DNA of 64,000 bases. Source: Eledone cirrhosa. Lineage: Eukaryota. This document shows, in pieces, positions 26,640 to 40,010 of the stretch. Within the stretch, counting starts at the first letter, position 1. Every line of letters starts with the position of its first letter. Made by a program: the position numbers and the translations under genes. The notes beneath the pieces were generated by a model. The model searched no databases, was not told the DNA's origin, and was given only the letters and a program-made list of their open reading frames with translations. The stretch lies in assembly GCA_964016885.1 (NCBI GenBank), contig OZ024742.1, positions 82,770,001 through 82,834,000 on the forward strand, in the 5' to 3' direction.

Positions 26640-27298
26640 AGACTAGAGTGTGACAAATGCAGCAACTTCTACGTAGGTAGCACCACCAGACCACTCCACA
26701 TAGGAATAAAAGAACACCTCAATACTAATGCTTCCTCATTTAAGAAACACCTAGTTAAATGCAAAAACACCGACAAAACCATAACAGTTAGGATAGAAAC
26801 TAAAGAAAGAAACCTCGGCAATCTTAGAATTAAGGAAGCACTAATTATAGACAAAACACTACCACCAATCAATAATAGACTAGAACTCAACATCTAATTT
26901 ATAACTTGATAGAGCATCTAGCCCCATATTTACACCCCCCACACACACGCACACACACACACACACACACACATGCTTACACCTCCACTTATTCTCTCTC
27001 ACACACTCATATACACACACAAAGACCAGTTCTAACACGAGATAACATCTATCCCCCACATTTACGTATAGACATAACTTCTCACACTCACACACACACA
27101 CTCACATACTTACACCTTCATGCATTCTCCCACACAATTAAACAGACATGTACAAAAAAAAAACCTTTTAAAGGGAGACTACTCTTTATCCACCTAACCT
27201 AACTCTTTGACATTAGAGATAGAATATATACTCTATACCATTTCCTGTCAGCATGACTTGGCAAGCTATTTAGAACACTGGTTTAACCGCTTTACTTC

Positions 27299-27333
27299 CC
27301 TCCGAAGAAGAGATATTATCTCGAAAATTAAGG
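27299..27333 (+). ncRNA. minimal hammerhead motif, CCGAAGA core variant, PLE4 3' region
   Basis: CCT-CCGAAGA-A-GAGAT(att)ATCTC-GAAA-AT-TA-AGG. Confidence 0.6.
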
Positions 27334-27444
27334 ACATTTAAATAAATCTAAGGTTGACTAATTGTCAACAATATCTTTTGCATTTGCATTCTTTATTCTA
27401 TGTCCATACCTGCATTGTTTTGGCTTTATTATACATATACAAAC

Positions 27445-27558
<114 letters not shown>

Positions 27559-27726
27559 TTAATACATTAACAGAGAAAGCCTTAAGCGATATTCTGACCA
27601 ACTCCATCTCACTCAACAAACATTAGGTTATATATCTAAGTATTTTCCCAATTTAGTGTTTGTGGTGTAATCAGTATTTCGTGATTGTATGATTTTATAT
27701 GAGACATAAATAAATATCTCTTTCCT

Positions 27727-27850
27727 TCCAGACGGCCGTTTCGTTATAAGATTTCTACAATCTGGGATAAATAATTTCCAGGTTATGTAGAAACTTGTAT
27801 ATAATCCATAGTTTTATACACAAGCGGGCTCTTATAAACTCATCAGTGGA
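27727..27850 (-). ncRNA. hammerhead ribozyme with large branched stem II
   Basis: TCCA-CTGATGA-GT-TTATAAGA[two hairpins]TCTTATAA-C-GAAA-CGGCCG-TC-TGGA. Confidence 0.8.
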
Positions 27851-28277
27851 TGCCCAAATAATATCGATATAAGAATTCCATCGACATTAATAGATTAGTG
27901 ATGATCTCCTTCAGCGCTAGAAATAGACTGCAGTCCACTCAAAAATAAACTACACGCTGCCCCCAAGAAGGTAAGGGGAGGTCATCTTAAAATATAAAAC
28001 AATATACACGCTGGTCATTTAAACCTGTTAGGTATTATAACCACGTGTTTAAGAACTCAATTCGATATTAAAAGAATATCTATATGTATACACAATCAAT
28101 GCACACATAGAGATATTAAATCTCAATAAATACATGTATGGATCACACATATACACACATAGTTATTTTCTTTGGCTAAATCAGACATGGGATATAATAA
28201 AGATCAATCAGTATTTCATATAAAAAATAATAGTAATAAAGAGCGTCATACCTGGAAATCATATCCGACCACCAAGA

Positions 28278-28326
<49 letters not shown>

Positions 28327-28548
28327 TGACCAGGACTACCATGTTGCTTGTTTATTTCCTTTCTTTGGTTTGCTTTTATCCTTCTATGTTGTTCACTTGC
28401 GCCCCTCGCTTTACGCGATTTACTGGTCCCATAACTTTTTTTAGTTATTGCTCACACCAACCTGAAGTATCTGATTTTTAATGCGAAGGACTATTTTTAT
28501 CATATGTAGCCTATGTTCAACCACGCAGTATTCTTCTTTCTTCTCATG

Positions 28549-28590
<42 letters not shown>

Positions 28591-29059
28591 GTAGAACATA
28601 TATATATATATATAATAGTAGAACATATATATATATATATATAATAGTAGAACACTGGAGGTTTATATTCATAGTAGTAGAGCACTAAGTCTGTGGCACG
28701 AGTTTGGTAGAAGTAGTATCACAACAGTTAGTTCACCATAAAGTACTCCTTTCTTTATAAAAGTTAAGATGTACAAAATACTACATGTTTCTTTAATAAT
28801 ACATCTCTCTCTCTATATATATATATATTTTTTAAATGAAAAAAAAAGGGATGTCCTACACGAGTGAAGTATAAGGAAAAAAGATGAAATCGAAAATGTA
28901 ACTCGAGTCTTTTTATGAATCAATATATATATACTTATATCTTCTAATTTTGATAGTTGATGCTCAGAACAAACGTCCCTCGAGATTTTTTTGTTGAGAC
29001 ACATAATCATCTTACATTTCATATATGTTATGATGCCTTAATATGCATAAGGAAAGTAT

Positions 29060-29432
29060 ATACTTTCAGACGTTCAACCATCTGGCAGGAAGGTATACGA
29101 TGCTGAAGATAGCTAATAAGCTTGAAACTAGTACATCGTTCCTGTGTCAGTGTTGAACAAAAGGGTGACGTGGTTGCCTAAACACTGTACGACGTAATTC
29201 GGGCTGTTTGTTTGTTTACAAACGGACAAACCGAGCATTATAATAAATGTTCGGTAAACCGATACGTGCATATATATATATATATGTGTGCATATATGTA
29301 TATATATACATACTACTGTACGTCTGTATACATATATGTATGTACGTATACATACATACATACTTACATTTAAGTAAGTGCCGTACTAAGAGTGAGAAAT
29401 GAAATTTCGTTTCATTCTATTCCATTTATATA
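29060..29432 (+). mobile_element. ORF-less hammerhead-bearing element (family also at 61050-61625, 9130-9292, 9465-9640)
   Basis: high identity to 61339-61625 and to the reverse complement of 61050-61339. Confidence 0.75.
29097..29139 (+). ncRNA. minimal type-I hammerhead ribozyme
   Basis: ACGATG-CTGAAGA-T-AGCT(aata)AGCT-T-GAAA-CTAG-TA-CATCGT. Confidence 0.85.
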
Positions 29433-29434
29433 TT

Positions 29435-30262
29435 AAAGATGTCATGTCTGGGAATATCAGAATCATGCGTCATACCACCCGTAGAAGAAGATCAATCATT
29501 CAAAGGAAGGAAACGAGCATTCATTAAAATCAAATTATAAGTCGATTGACATATATATATATAAAATAAACATGTCGAACATTGAAAAGGGATAATTTGC
29601 AAAGTGTGTATACACACATACTTACTGAGGTAGCATATTAACATTTAACGAGAACTTTGAATATATATATCTTGCAATAATGATTAATCTCCTTTGATTT
29701 ATACTTAGGGTGTGATCATAGATAGTTTTAAATCTTCTCCTTTGCTGACGATCCCGGAGTTAACATATATGATTCACCTATTGATGGTGAAATATATTTC
29801 TTTAATGGAATATATACAAAGGAGATTAAACATTAAGTTTATTTCATAAATATATATGTCAATCGACTTTTAATTTAATTTTAATAAATGCTCGAATTTA
29901 TTCATTTGAATCTTTGAGCTTCTTGGTATGATGCATGTTTCTGATATTCTCAGATATGACATCTCTCATTTTGTTAGTATTTGCGACTCCTTGTTAGTAG
30001 AGCTTTTTCTGTTGAAAGGCCTCGGTTGTTATTTCTATGTGTCGATACGCCTTTTCACGTCACTGGGTTGACGGCGGAGTGATGTGTATTTTTCCAAACT
30101 ACATGTCCTTTTCCTCGTTATGCCTTGATTTGTTGTTAGAGTGCCATCATAGATAGTTTTACATCTTCTCCTTTGCTGACGATTCAGAATTTAACATCTT
30201 CGATTCACATATTAATGGTGAAATATATTTCTTTAATGGAATATTTACAAAGGAGATTAATC
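29435..30262 (+). mobile_element. ORF-less unit with an inverted arm and two direct hammerhead-like repeats
   Basis: 29435-29560 is inverted relative to 29850-29965. Direct repeats at 29716-29830 and 30147-30260. Confidence 0.7.
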
Positions 30263-30308
30263 ATTATTTCAAGGTATCTATATTCAAAGTTCTCGTTAAA
30301 TCCCCTGT

Positions 30309-30385
<77 letters not shown>

Positions 30386-31727
30386 TTATGTTTATAAATG
30401 CATAGGAGAGAGAGTGGGGTAGCATTTTAAATTACATTTCTATAATAAGAGCTCAATTACTTTGTACGGATGTTAAGCAGTTTTATCGAAACATTTACTA
30501 TGCCATGTTATTAAACCTTTCATAGAACATAATGAAATGACACGATGTTGAATCGAAGCAGCTCAGTAAATATAAGCCACACATTTTCATATTTTTATTT
30601 CTTACTTAATTGAAGATGGATTCGTAAAAGTTAAATTCTACCGCGGATATTTGAAACAAAGTATTGCAACGTGACAGCACTCAATTATTACTGTTATCCA
30701 CATTATTCTAAAGTATATCATTTTTGTAACTCGAGCATGATAACCACTGCACAAAAATAGTGCTGATATTAATGGTATAATATTTGTTGTTGTTGGTAAC
30801 TGTTTTGGTGGTTAACACAGATTCTCTATTCAGTCATAATTTTCTAGAATCATGTCTGCGTATTTAAGGCTGTCTACAATAATGTGTCCTATTTATGAGA
30901 CATTAATATGTGACCATGTAATGGAAAATGTAGTACTTCCGTTGCTGGCAGCTTTCCTTTCAATTTGTATATACATGTTTTTCTCGGTTCTCGTGATTTT
31001 CAATTTTGTCTATTTATCATGAGTCCCATGCTTTCCTTGTTGAAAATCTCCCACACATATTCATTCAGGGAATACCTTGTTCGATTCCTATTCAAATTCA
31101 GACCTTATGGCTAGATGTCTTTTTACTGTCCACCTCAGGAGAGTGCAATAAAATATAGATTTGAATGGTTATCAAGTGGATCCTTAGTGAGTACGTATAC
31201 CGAGGTGCTGGTGTATTTCTTTTTATGAATTTGTATAGTGATTTTATTGAATTCTTTATACAACAAAACATACAAAAATATTCATAATTTTTTCCCGTCA
31301 GACTACAATAATTTTTTGTATCATCATTGTATATTTTTGGCAACATTTTTCACATAAAATCGTGTGCCGTTACAAATATTAGTATTTCTTTTGTATTCTC
31401 CGCTGGATATATTTATTACATTTAAGTCTCCGTAATTTAATCAAAGGTACACTGTACAGCTATTAGCTTAATTATCAGGAAATAAGAAATAAATCCACGA
31501 AGCTGTCTAGACGTGTCGTGACAATCTTACATGAAAACAATGTAGAGTTTCATCGCTTCTGTATTAATCTTATCCAAAGCGGATGATTGAAATTGGTAAA
31601 AATTTTGAGAGACTAAACTCGCCGCGAACATGTGCACACAAAATTTCACTAGACATGTACAAATACACACTCACAAATACGAGATGTATGTATGTATATA
31701 CATACAAACATATATATATATATATAT

Positions 31728-32105
31728 TGGATTGACAGTATCGGTAAAGGGTCGAACGTCATGCTTTGACGCATAGAGTTACGGCTCTTTCCATTCTGAG
31801 TTCAAATCCCGCCGAGGTCAACTTTGCCTTTTATCCTTACGGGGTCGATAAAATAAAGTACCAGTAATGTACTGGGTAATTGCTGGCCTTGTGCCAAAAG
31901 TAGAAACAATTATTATCGGTGGATTGGCAGTATCGGTAGAGGGTCAGACACCATGCTTCCCAGCATAGTTACGTCCCTTTACGATCTGAGTTCAAATCCC
32001 GCCGAGGTTGACTTTGCCATTCATCCTTACGAGGTCGATAACATAAAGTACCAGTAATGCACCTGGTAATTGCTGGCCTTGTGCCTAAAGTAGAAACAAT
32101 TATTA
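31728..32105 (+). mobile_element. two tandem SINE family A copies
   Basis: two head-to-tail units (31728-31916 and 31917-32105), each with A/B box, core and an ATTATT tail. Confidence 0.9.
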
Positions 32106-32109
32106 TCAT

Positions 32110-35100
32110 AGTGGCATTTATCTTTCTTTATGTTCATACGAGTTATCAATCAAGTCACAACCAGTGACCTGAAGAGACATGTTCCGCCATATTCAAGAAA
32201 GAACATACAAACACACACATGCATCTTTAGGTGTTTAGACTTGTGATGTACTTATATTGACAGAATCTTCCTTAGTATATGGGCAGTTCCCATTAGTACT
32301 ATCTTTTGTTTCCTGGGATTTGCGATAAGTAATCATTAGACCCCTTAGGTATCATTCCTAGAGCGCCTACAACCACTGGTATTGTTTTAGTTCTCAACTT
32401 CCACATTTTTCCAATTTCTATCTCCAGGTCCTTATACTTGCTCAACTTATCAAATGTTTTTATAGATAAATTCTTGTCTATTGGAACGGACATATCAATT
32501 AGCAGGCATACCCTCATTTTAATGTCCTTCAGTATTATATCAGGTCTATTTGCATCTATTTTTCGGTCTGTTTGGATGCTAAACTTCCACAAGATTGAGA
32601 TGTGATCTTATTCAAGTACGGGAGGTGGTTGATGCTCCCACAATGCTTTTGATGGGGCAGGTCAAAATCCTTATACATTATCCAATATATAAGAAGCTCT
32701 GTCGTGCCTGTTTAGGTATTCGGTTGGAACTATAGGACTGCACATTGAAATTATATGATCAATGGTCACTGGTTTTTTTTTTATATATATGGCATAATGG
32801 GTTGCATCCATTTTTTATTATGTTGGCTTGGTAATTTTTTGTTGGCAGACACTGATCTTGTGCTGATATAATCAGTCCTTCAGTCTCCGATTTCAGTCCA
32901 GAGGATGCCATCCACTGATTGGTTAAAGTATTGTCAACATCAGGATTGTTAGCTCTTTCTGGGTCTTTTCTTGCCATTTCTTAGTCAGTTTCTGGAGCAG
33001 TTCTTTCTTTGCAGTTTCTTCTACCTGCTTTGCTTTTTCATTGTTATTCATTTCAGCAGTAAATGGAACTTCTGAAATGTGTAGTCCATTACTGTATGTT
33101 TGTGCTTATTTTGTAATGGAGTATGATCTTTTGATGCTTTCATGTTTCAAAACGAGTTTGATCATCCAATCATATGATTCCCTTAGATATGTAGATAATC
33201 CAATTGTTGCAGTTTTCAACGCAATATCTAACCGGATTAACCCACGTTCTCCTTCTTTCCTAGGGAGATATATTCTATCTGTATCTGCCTTAGGGTGATG
33301 CATTCTGTGCATGGTTAAGCATTTTTTTAATTTTTGTATCGAGCTTACGAATCTCTGAACTTGATCAGTTGATGACATTGTAACTGTAGGTTACTAGTGG
33401 TATGGCAAGCGTGTTTATGACATCGATCCTGTTCCTTGCATTCAATTCCGTTCTTAAGATTGCTCTTACTCTGCGGTATCATTCCTTCCTTATCCTTTCC
33501 CTCATTGTCGAATGCTTGATTCCGTCTCCTTCACAAACAACTAGATATTTGTAAGTTTCCTATTGATCAAGTTCTCTTATCACATTCACCCGATCAAGAT
33601 TAATGACTGAACTTTTCAGCAGCTTTCTTCTGGTCATCACTGAACTGCTTCACAGTGGTTATTAGCCCTTGTAATTGGTCATCATTTTATGCAAATAGTT
33701 TCAGGTCAACCATGTAGAACAAGTGATTAATGGTTTTGTCATAGACTTTATATCCATGTTTGTTTCATTGGGCATTTTACTTAATGGTATAAGTGCGATG
33801 GAGAATAAAAGTGGTGATAAAGAGTCACCCTGAAAAATTCCACAATTAATATTAACTTCTCCAGCTTCCAGTGATTATTTTCACTATTCAAAAAGAGTGT
33901 CGTTTTCCATGTCTTCATGCTGAATGACAGGAATGTCCTGACAACGGGAGATAATTTGAAAATCTCTAAACATTTTTCAATCCAACTGTGTGGCAAACTA
34001 TCGGGATGCTTTTTTATAATCTATCCAAGAAATTGATAGATTGTTGTGTCTATTATTACAATCTTCCAGTATCATTTTATTAACCAAAAGCTGATCCTTA
34101 CAGCCATATGAGCCTCGTTTACACCCTTTCTGCTCATTGAGAAATAGATCATTTGTTATCCGGTGATCATATGTATATTCAGTTAGGACTGATGTTAACA
34201 TGTTATACACTGTGGTCAAGCAAGTTATCGGTCTGTAATTTTTGGGATTGTTTGTCTCATCATTCTTCGGAAATTGTAAAGTTGGGATAACAGCTCATGA
34301 AACTCTGTGAAGGCATTTATCCAAACATTTGGTATTTTTTCTTTTCCTGGGGATTTCCATTGATTGGTTTTTCTAAGAGCTAAACGCAACTGTTCAACTG
34401 TTATATTTTCCCATGTTTGTTCCATGGGGCTTGTTTATTATGAACTTTTTTGTCCGGCCCAGATCTTTTCCCAGAATTCTGGCACTTCCTTCTTGGGTAT
34501 TATTGATTTAGCAGTTATTGATGACTTAGCAATTTTTCTGTAGAAGTTTCTGTGGTTGTTTTTCAACATATTATTGTCCTTATACAATCTAGATCGTTTT
34601 TCAAAGGGCCTTTGGCCGACACTTTTTGCTTGATTATTTCTAACAGCATGTCTATGTCACTTGTTGATTTTATATTGTATTTTCTTTTCAATTTTCTAAG
34701 TTTAGTTTGTTTAACATGTTCACCTACTTTGTAGTTTGTTAACATTTCTATGTCAGATCGGAGAATGTTTATTTGGCGATTGATGTTCTCTTTTCAAGTA
34801 GGTTTCTTGTGGGAATTCCTTTGTTTTTTTTTAATTTTCATTCCACATAAGTGAGTGGTGATTTAGCCGATGCTTATTAGAGATGATTTAGATCAGTAAT
34901 GTTTAGTTTGTTTGTGATGATAATGTTTTTGAGAATTATGTTAGTCTTGTGTATTATCCTTCGGTTCTGTTTGTAGTTCTGGATCTTAGGGAGAGTGTCC
35001 CGTTCCCCCATGTCAGATTCTTTCATTTTCATCCTTTAAATCATAATTTCATTCTTCAAGTTGGCGAGTTCATCCTCATTCGATTCTTTATCATTTATGA

Positions 35101-35866
35101 TCTCATTGTTTTCATTTTGAGTACCATCTTGAGCATGCACTCCTTCCACTTTTTCGATTCATACTTTAATTTGTTCTGCTGTCAGTGATTCTTCCCCAAC
35201 CCTGGGATTCGAAATGTTACAATTTACCTCGCTTTCACTGACACATGTTTCATTTTCCCTTCGCTGACTTTGTGCTAATAGCTTGATCTGATCCATTTCT
35301 ATATCAGTTAGTAACTTTTTCCTAACAATATTTCTTCGTATATTGGCTAGTTTGTTACTGACAATATAGCCTTTGTTTTCGGAATGTTTCTTTTTCCAGT
35401 TGATATATATCTGTTCTGTATTCGATCTATTTGATGGGTAGTACATGGCAGTGTAGAAAGCCTCAAGGACTTCTTTATTGTCCTCGCTTGACCATTTTTC
35501 TCTGTTTTCCTTTGGATTTCTTGGTGGTGAGCATGGAGAGCCAACAGTAGGTGTATTCCGGTTATGGGAGGTCTCCAGCTCCAAATTGGAAAGGTTTGAA
35601 CCATTAACTGATTTTTCAACCCCAGTCTGGTTCCTTTCTGAGGGACGCGGCCCTTTTTGACCAGGTGACGGCTGATCCGGTATGAGATTTTATCATTTGA
35701 CATTGGCTTTATTTTGTTGCGTTTTATCCTTAACCCCCAAGGCGTAATCATTTCGTGTTACCACTCCTAGGACGAGTGTCAACCAAGAATAGAGGGGTCG
35801 TCCTCCCCTAGAGACACGGCCATAACCCGCCGGCTGCCATCCCGGTATTTCTTGGTCACGGGTTAT
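32110..35866 (-). mobile_element. R4/Dong-like LINE family 2, apparently full-length, degenerate
   Basis: N-terminal REKWS..N motif, WKSPG, EQKGCKRGSYGCKDQL, WIDYKKA, RLE motif NRPDIIL..LIDMSVP..KLSKYKDL. Confidence 0.88.
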
Positions 35867-35947
35867 TTTTTTTGTTTTTTAAATTGTTATTATCATGAGT
35901 GGTTCCTTAATGTGAGCACTGCGTGGGTTAAGAAAGAAATTATTATT

Positions 35948-36027
35948 AATAATTGTTTCTACTATTGGCACAAGTCCAGCAATTACACCAGTACATTACT
36001 GGTACTTTATTTTATCGACCCCGTAAG
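35948..36027 (-). mobile_element. SINE family A 3' fragment
   Basis: ACTGGTACTTTATTTTATCGACCCCGTAAG. Confidence 0.75.
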
Positions 36028-36146
36028 AATAATAATATACTTTTTGTTGAAGCTGCCTGTTGTTGTTGGATATAACGGTGGTGGGGCTGGGGCTTTTTCT
36101 ATTGTTGGTGGGGAAGGGGGGGACATCAGTGCCATAGTCGTTAACG

Positions 36147-36815
36147 TTTGACCGGGTCACTAAGTCAGTCTATCTATATCTTTTGCTAGCCTCTCACTTG
36201 TCTAGTGTTACTACCACCTTCCCTTTTCTTAAGTTAACAGAAGTTAGTGGGGGAATAGTGGTGGTAGCAATGATGGCATTGTGGCGGCGGTAATGGGATA
36301 GTGGTAGCAATAATGCAGTGGTGGCGGCGGTGACTGTAGTAATGGCGTTGTCACTACTGAGTTCTGTTGAATAGACTGTTGCTAGTATGCGTTTGTTTGT
36401 TTTGTATATCTATGCGGTTTGTCGCCTGTTTAATATATATGTTGACATATTTTCTTAATATTTGATTTTAAAATTTTGAGAATACTTGAGATACAATAAT
36501 AATAATTATTATTATTATGCTGGGATTGGTGGAGGTGGTGGTGAAATTGCCGTTATCTGCTTGTTGTATTTAGTGTAAATAGAGGGTGGTGGGATAGGTG
36601 GTCCATCTAGGTCGTGGTGGTGTTGAAATTGCTGTTATTTGGCTGTTCTATTTCGTGTAGACAGAGGGGGTTTTCTCCATTTATAACCATTTTCTTTTTT
36701 GAATGTAAAATTTATAATACAAAATTGAATATTTGAGCCATATGCCAGGTTATTATGTCCTATTTGTACTAAAAAAATGTATATCACAATTGTTTTAAAT
36801 GTTAAAATTCAAAGG
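36147..36815 (-). repeat. unclassified repeat, second copy at 40291-40845
   Basis: shared TTTGACCGGGTCA..TCAGTCTAT start, GGT-rich body and ATCACA.TTGTTTTAAAT end. Confidence 0.6.
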
Positions 36816-36889
36816 CTTAGGGGAGCGATTCCATAACACTCTATCCACCACGTACTTCCTCTTCTATTATTATTATTGATATTATTGTT

Positions 36890-39800
36890 CTTCTCAGTTA
36901 TTGATGTTATTTAACTGGAAAGTTTGTTGAAATGAATATCAAGCCACTACCTGCAGCCTCAGATATTCAGGACGTATCGGAGGGTTCTTGCTGTTCCCAG
37001 CAAGCATGCCTTTTGAAGTGTTCCATAAGCGGGGCGGGACCTATTTTCTTTAACCATCCTTGGAAACACTTTGAGATAGTACCTAGTGCGCCTATTACAA
37101 TCGGGACCGCTTTGACCTCATGGCAGTTCCAAATTCTTTTTACCTCCCACTTTAAGTCCTAGTATCGGTTAATTTTCTCCCTCTCCTTCTCTTGCACTCT
37201 TGTGTCGAATAGGCAGGCTACATCCACAATCAGACATGATCTTATTCCCTTGCCCAAAACCACCAGGTCAGGTCTATTGTGTTCCAGTTTCTTGTCCGTC
37301 TGTATCCTAAAATTCCACAGCACCTTCACCTGATCGTTTTCCATCATTGACTCTCGCTTATGCTCATACCACTTTTCAGAATGTGGTAAATTGTTTACTT
37401 TGCATAGGTGCCGGTGGATCACCCTGCCCATCACATCATGTCACCAGCCTTTATAGTGAATCTGGGCTAGGTGTTTACACTCGTATACAATGTGAGCCAC
37501 AGTCTCCTCTCTCTCTCCATAGATCCCTCACAGTGGGCTAGCCTCCTCCATGTAAATATGGTGTTTCAGCCACTTCGTTTTGAGGGAGGGCCTGCTCATG
37601 GGCAGCCATTAGCATTCCTTCTGTAGCCTTTTTAAGGTCTCCTCTTTTCAACCAGTTCCATGTCTGTGGATCTCTAAATTCAGTTTTCTCAAAGAAGGTA
37701 CTATGAAGGGATTTTTCATGAAGGTTGCTCTTTCTTTTTGTTGTTATTTCCTCCTTGGACATCCCCTGGTCTATTATCCTCTCCTTCAGTACAATTCTGA
37801 GCATTGGCACCCTACTATCAGTCACGTATTTGTGGAGGTTGTTTTTCTCCATCTGAACACAGTCCTCTATGCTGATAAGACTCTTCCACCTTCAGATCTC
37901 CTTCAGTAGAGTCTACTGACATCACTCATTTTGTGGAACATATTGTAGATAGTCAATAGCTTCCTGGTCTTCCTATCCATTTCTTTGTGTTCAGCAACAT
38001 TCCATCTCAGAATTCCCGCACTGTACCTAATAATAGACACAGCTCGGGAATTTACTGCACTTATGGCATTCCTACTGTTCAGATGTGACTTTAGTACGCT
38101 CATTACTCTCCGAATGTATTCAGATCTTATCAATTCCTTCATGTTTTTGTTCTTGATGTCATCAGCCTCCAGAACACCTAAATAATTGTGTCCCTCTTCA
38201 GCATCAATTTCCTTTATCATCTCACTTGTTGATACCTGGATTCCGTTGCTTCAAATGCCTTTTTGTAGTCTATCCATCCCATGGCAAGACCAGTGTGCCT
38301 CCGCTTGCAATTTCTCATTACCATCTTATCAATAAGTAACTGGTCCTTTGTAGAACGGGACTTCTTTCGGCATCATTTCTGTTCGTCCGGTAACAAGTTG
38401 TTTATGTAGAGGTGATGGTAGATTACCTCAGACACAATACTTGTTAACAGTCTCCACATTACGGACAGACATGTGATAGGTCTATAGTTGGTAACATCGT
38501 TACCCTTGGTTCTGTCTTTCATTACCAGAACTTTGGTACCTTTTTTCAACCACTCTGGTACCTTTTGTCAACCACTCTGGTACCTCACCTGACATCAAGC
38601 AGTCATTGAACCTGGTTGTCAGTTTCGGGTGGAGGAATGTTATATTTTTAATCCAATACCCCTGCACACCATCTGGGCCTGGTGATTTCCAGTTGGTTAG
38701 TTTTCTGGCCTGCCCCTTAAGAGTTTCAACTGTGATACTCAAATCAGTTTGTTGGTGTGCCTGTTCATTAATCTCCTTTTGTACTGTCTCAATCCACACT
38801 GCCTAATCATTATGTTCAACATCCTGCTCCCTTATTCCTCTCCAGAATGTTTTAGATTGTTCCGCCTCAGGGATCATGTCGTTGCCTCTTTCTTTCTCTT
38901 CAAGCTGTCCAAACAACATCTTCTGGTTGTTGTCAAACATGCCGTTCTGTCTATACTGACTGACTCTGCTCTCGTATTGCCTAACCTTTGCGCTCTTTGC
39001 TACAATGCGTTGCTTCAGTTCTTCTATGATAATATTTAGCTTTTTTCTCCTAGTTTTGTACTTTATTTCCAGTTTACTTTTAGTGTCTATGTTTTGTAGT
39101 GTCCCATTCTGTAAGGACTCAAGCTTTCCAATGTCATTTCTCATTTCCCTGAGTTGACCATTCAGTCGTTTCTTCCACCAAGTTTCTGATCTTTCTTTGT
39201 TGTTGTTTCTTCTCGCTTTTATGCCAAGTAATTTCCTCACCGCATTTTCTGTTGCTTTGAGGATATTGTTGCATTGGTGATGGTTCCTCGTCTCAAGGTA
39301 TGGGATGACTTTGTTTACCTCAGCTGTTGTTTCTTTTAACTTTTTCCTGTCTACAAGTCTTAGGTTCATAGGTTTCCCACTATCATTGTTCATTTCATCT
39401 AACACTAAGTTTAGGATATCACCAAATCTTGTCCTAGCTCGTCAGCATTCATTTCCTCAATGGCCGTATCTTTGTTGCAGGTATTATTTATTTCAGCATT
39501 CAGATCATTGTCTGCTTCGGATGCTTCCTTCGTTCTCTCAACCTCTTCACCTTCATCTCACACTGGCTTGTTTGCCTGGCATACTCCACTCTCCATTTCC
39601 AACCTAATCTCTCTGCTCAGTTCCTCCAGTTCCAGCTCGCTGATCCACCCATTAATTCTTATTACCCGCGCCTGCCCGGCCAATTTTTATTCATCTCATT
39701 TAAATAGACCCATCTCGTTCCAGATGCTACGCATCCGTTTCCTATAGCCTTTTTCCTTGGGGTTACTCTTCAGGTAACATTGCATAACAGTTCTATTCAA

Positions 39801-40010
39801 TTCTTTCGTCCAGTTGGTTCTGGTCCCTTTCCGCCTTCTTCTTCCTTCAACACCAACAGTATTTGGATGACAGCCAGGTCCCTGCTGTTGGGCCAGGGAG
39901 CACCTGCTGCCTGAGAATCTGTCACATGACATTCCAGTCTCCACTTCACCGTTATTCGAACTGTTTAGGTTCGACATTTAAACACTCATATCGAGGATTG
40001 TGAATGTATG
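36890..40010 (-). mobile_element. R4/Dong-like LINE family 1, near full-length, with internal RT deletion
   Basis: ORF start ~39977 (RTNWTKELN), WKSPGPDGVQGYW, RLE C-terminus. About 430 bp of RT is missing at ~38251 relative to the 41193 copy. Confidence 0.88.

Noticed and set aside
28586-28655. CRISPR-like repeat-spacer array
   Set aside because: The spacers are (TA)n, the repeats are only 13 nt, the context is eukaryotic and there are no cas genes.
35754-35866. Canonical HDV-like or twister ribozyme call
   Set aside because: P3/L3 spacing and the catalytic C do not fit HDV, and the twister motifs are absent. Kept only as an unassigned structure.
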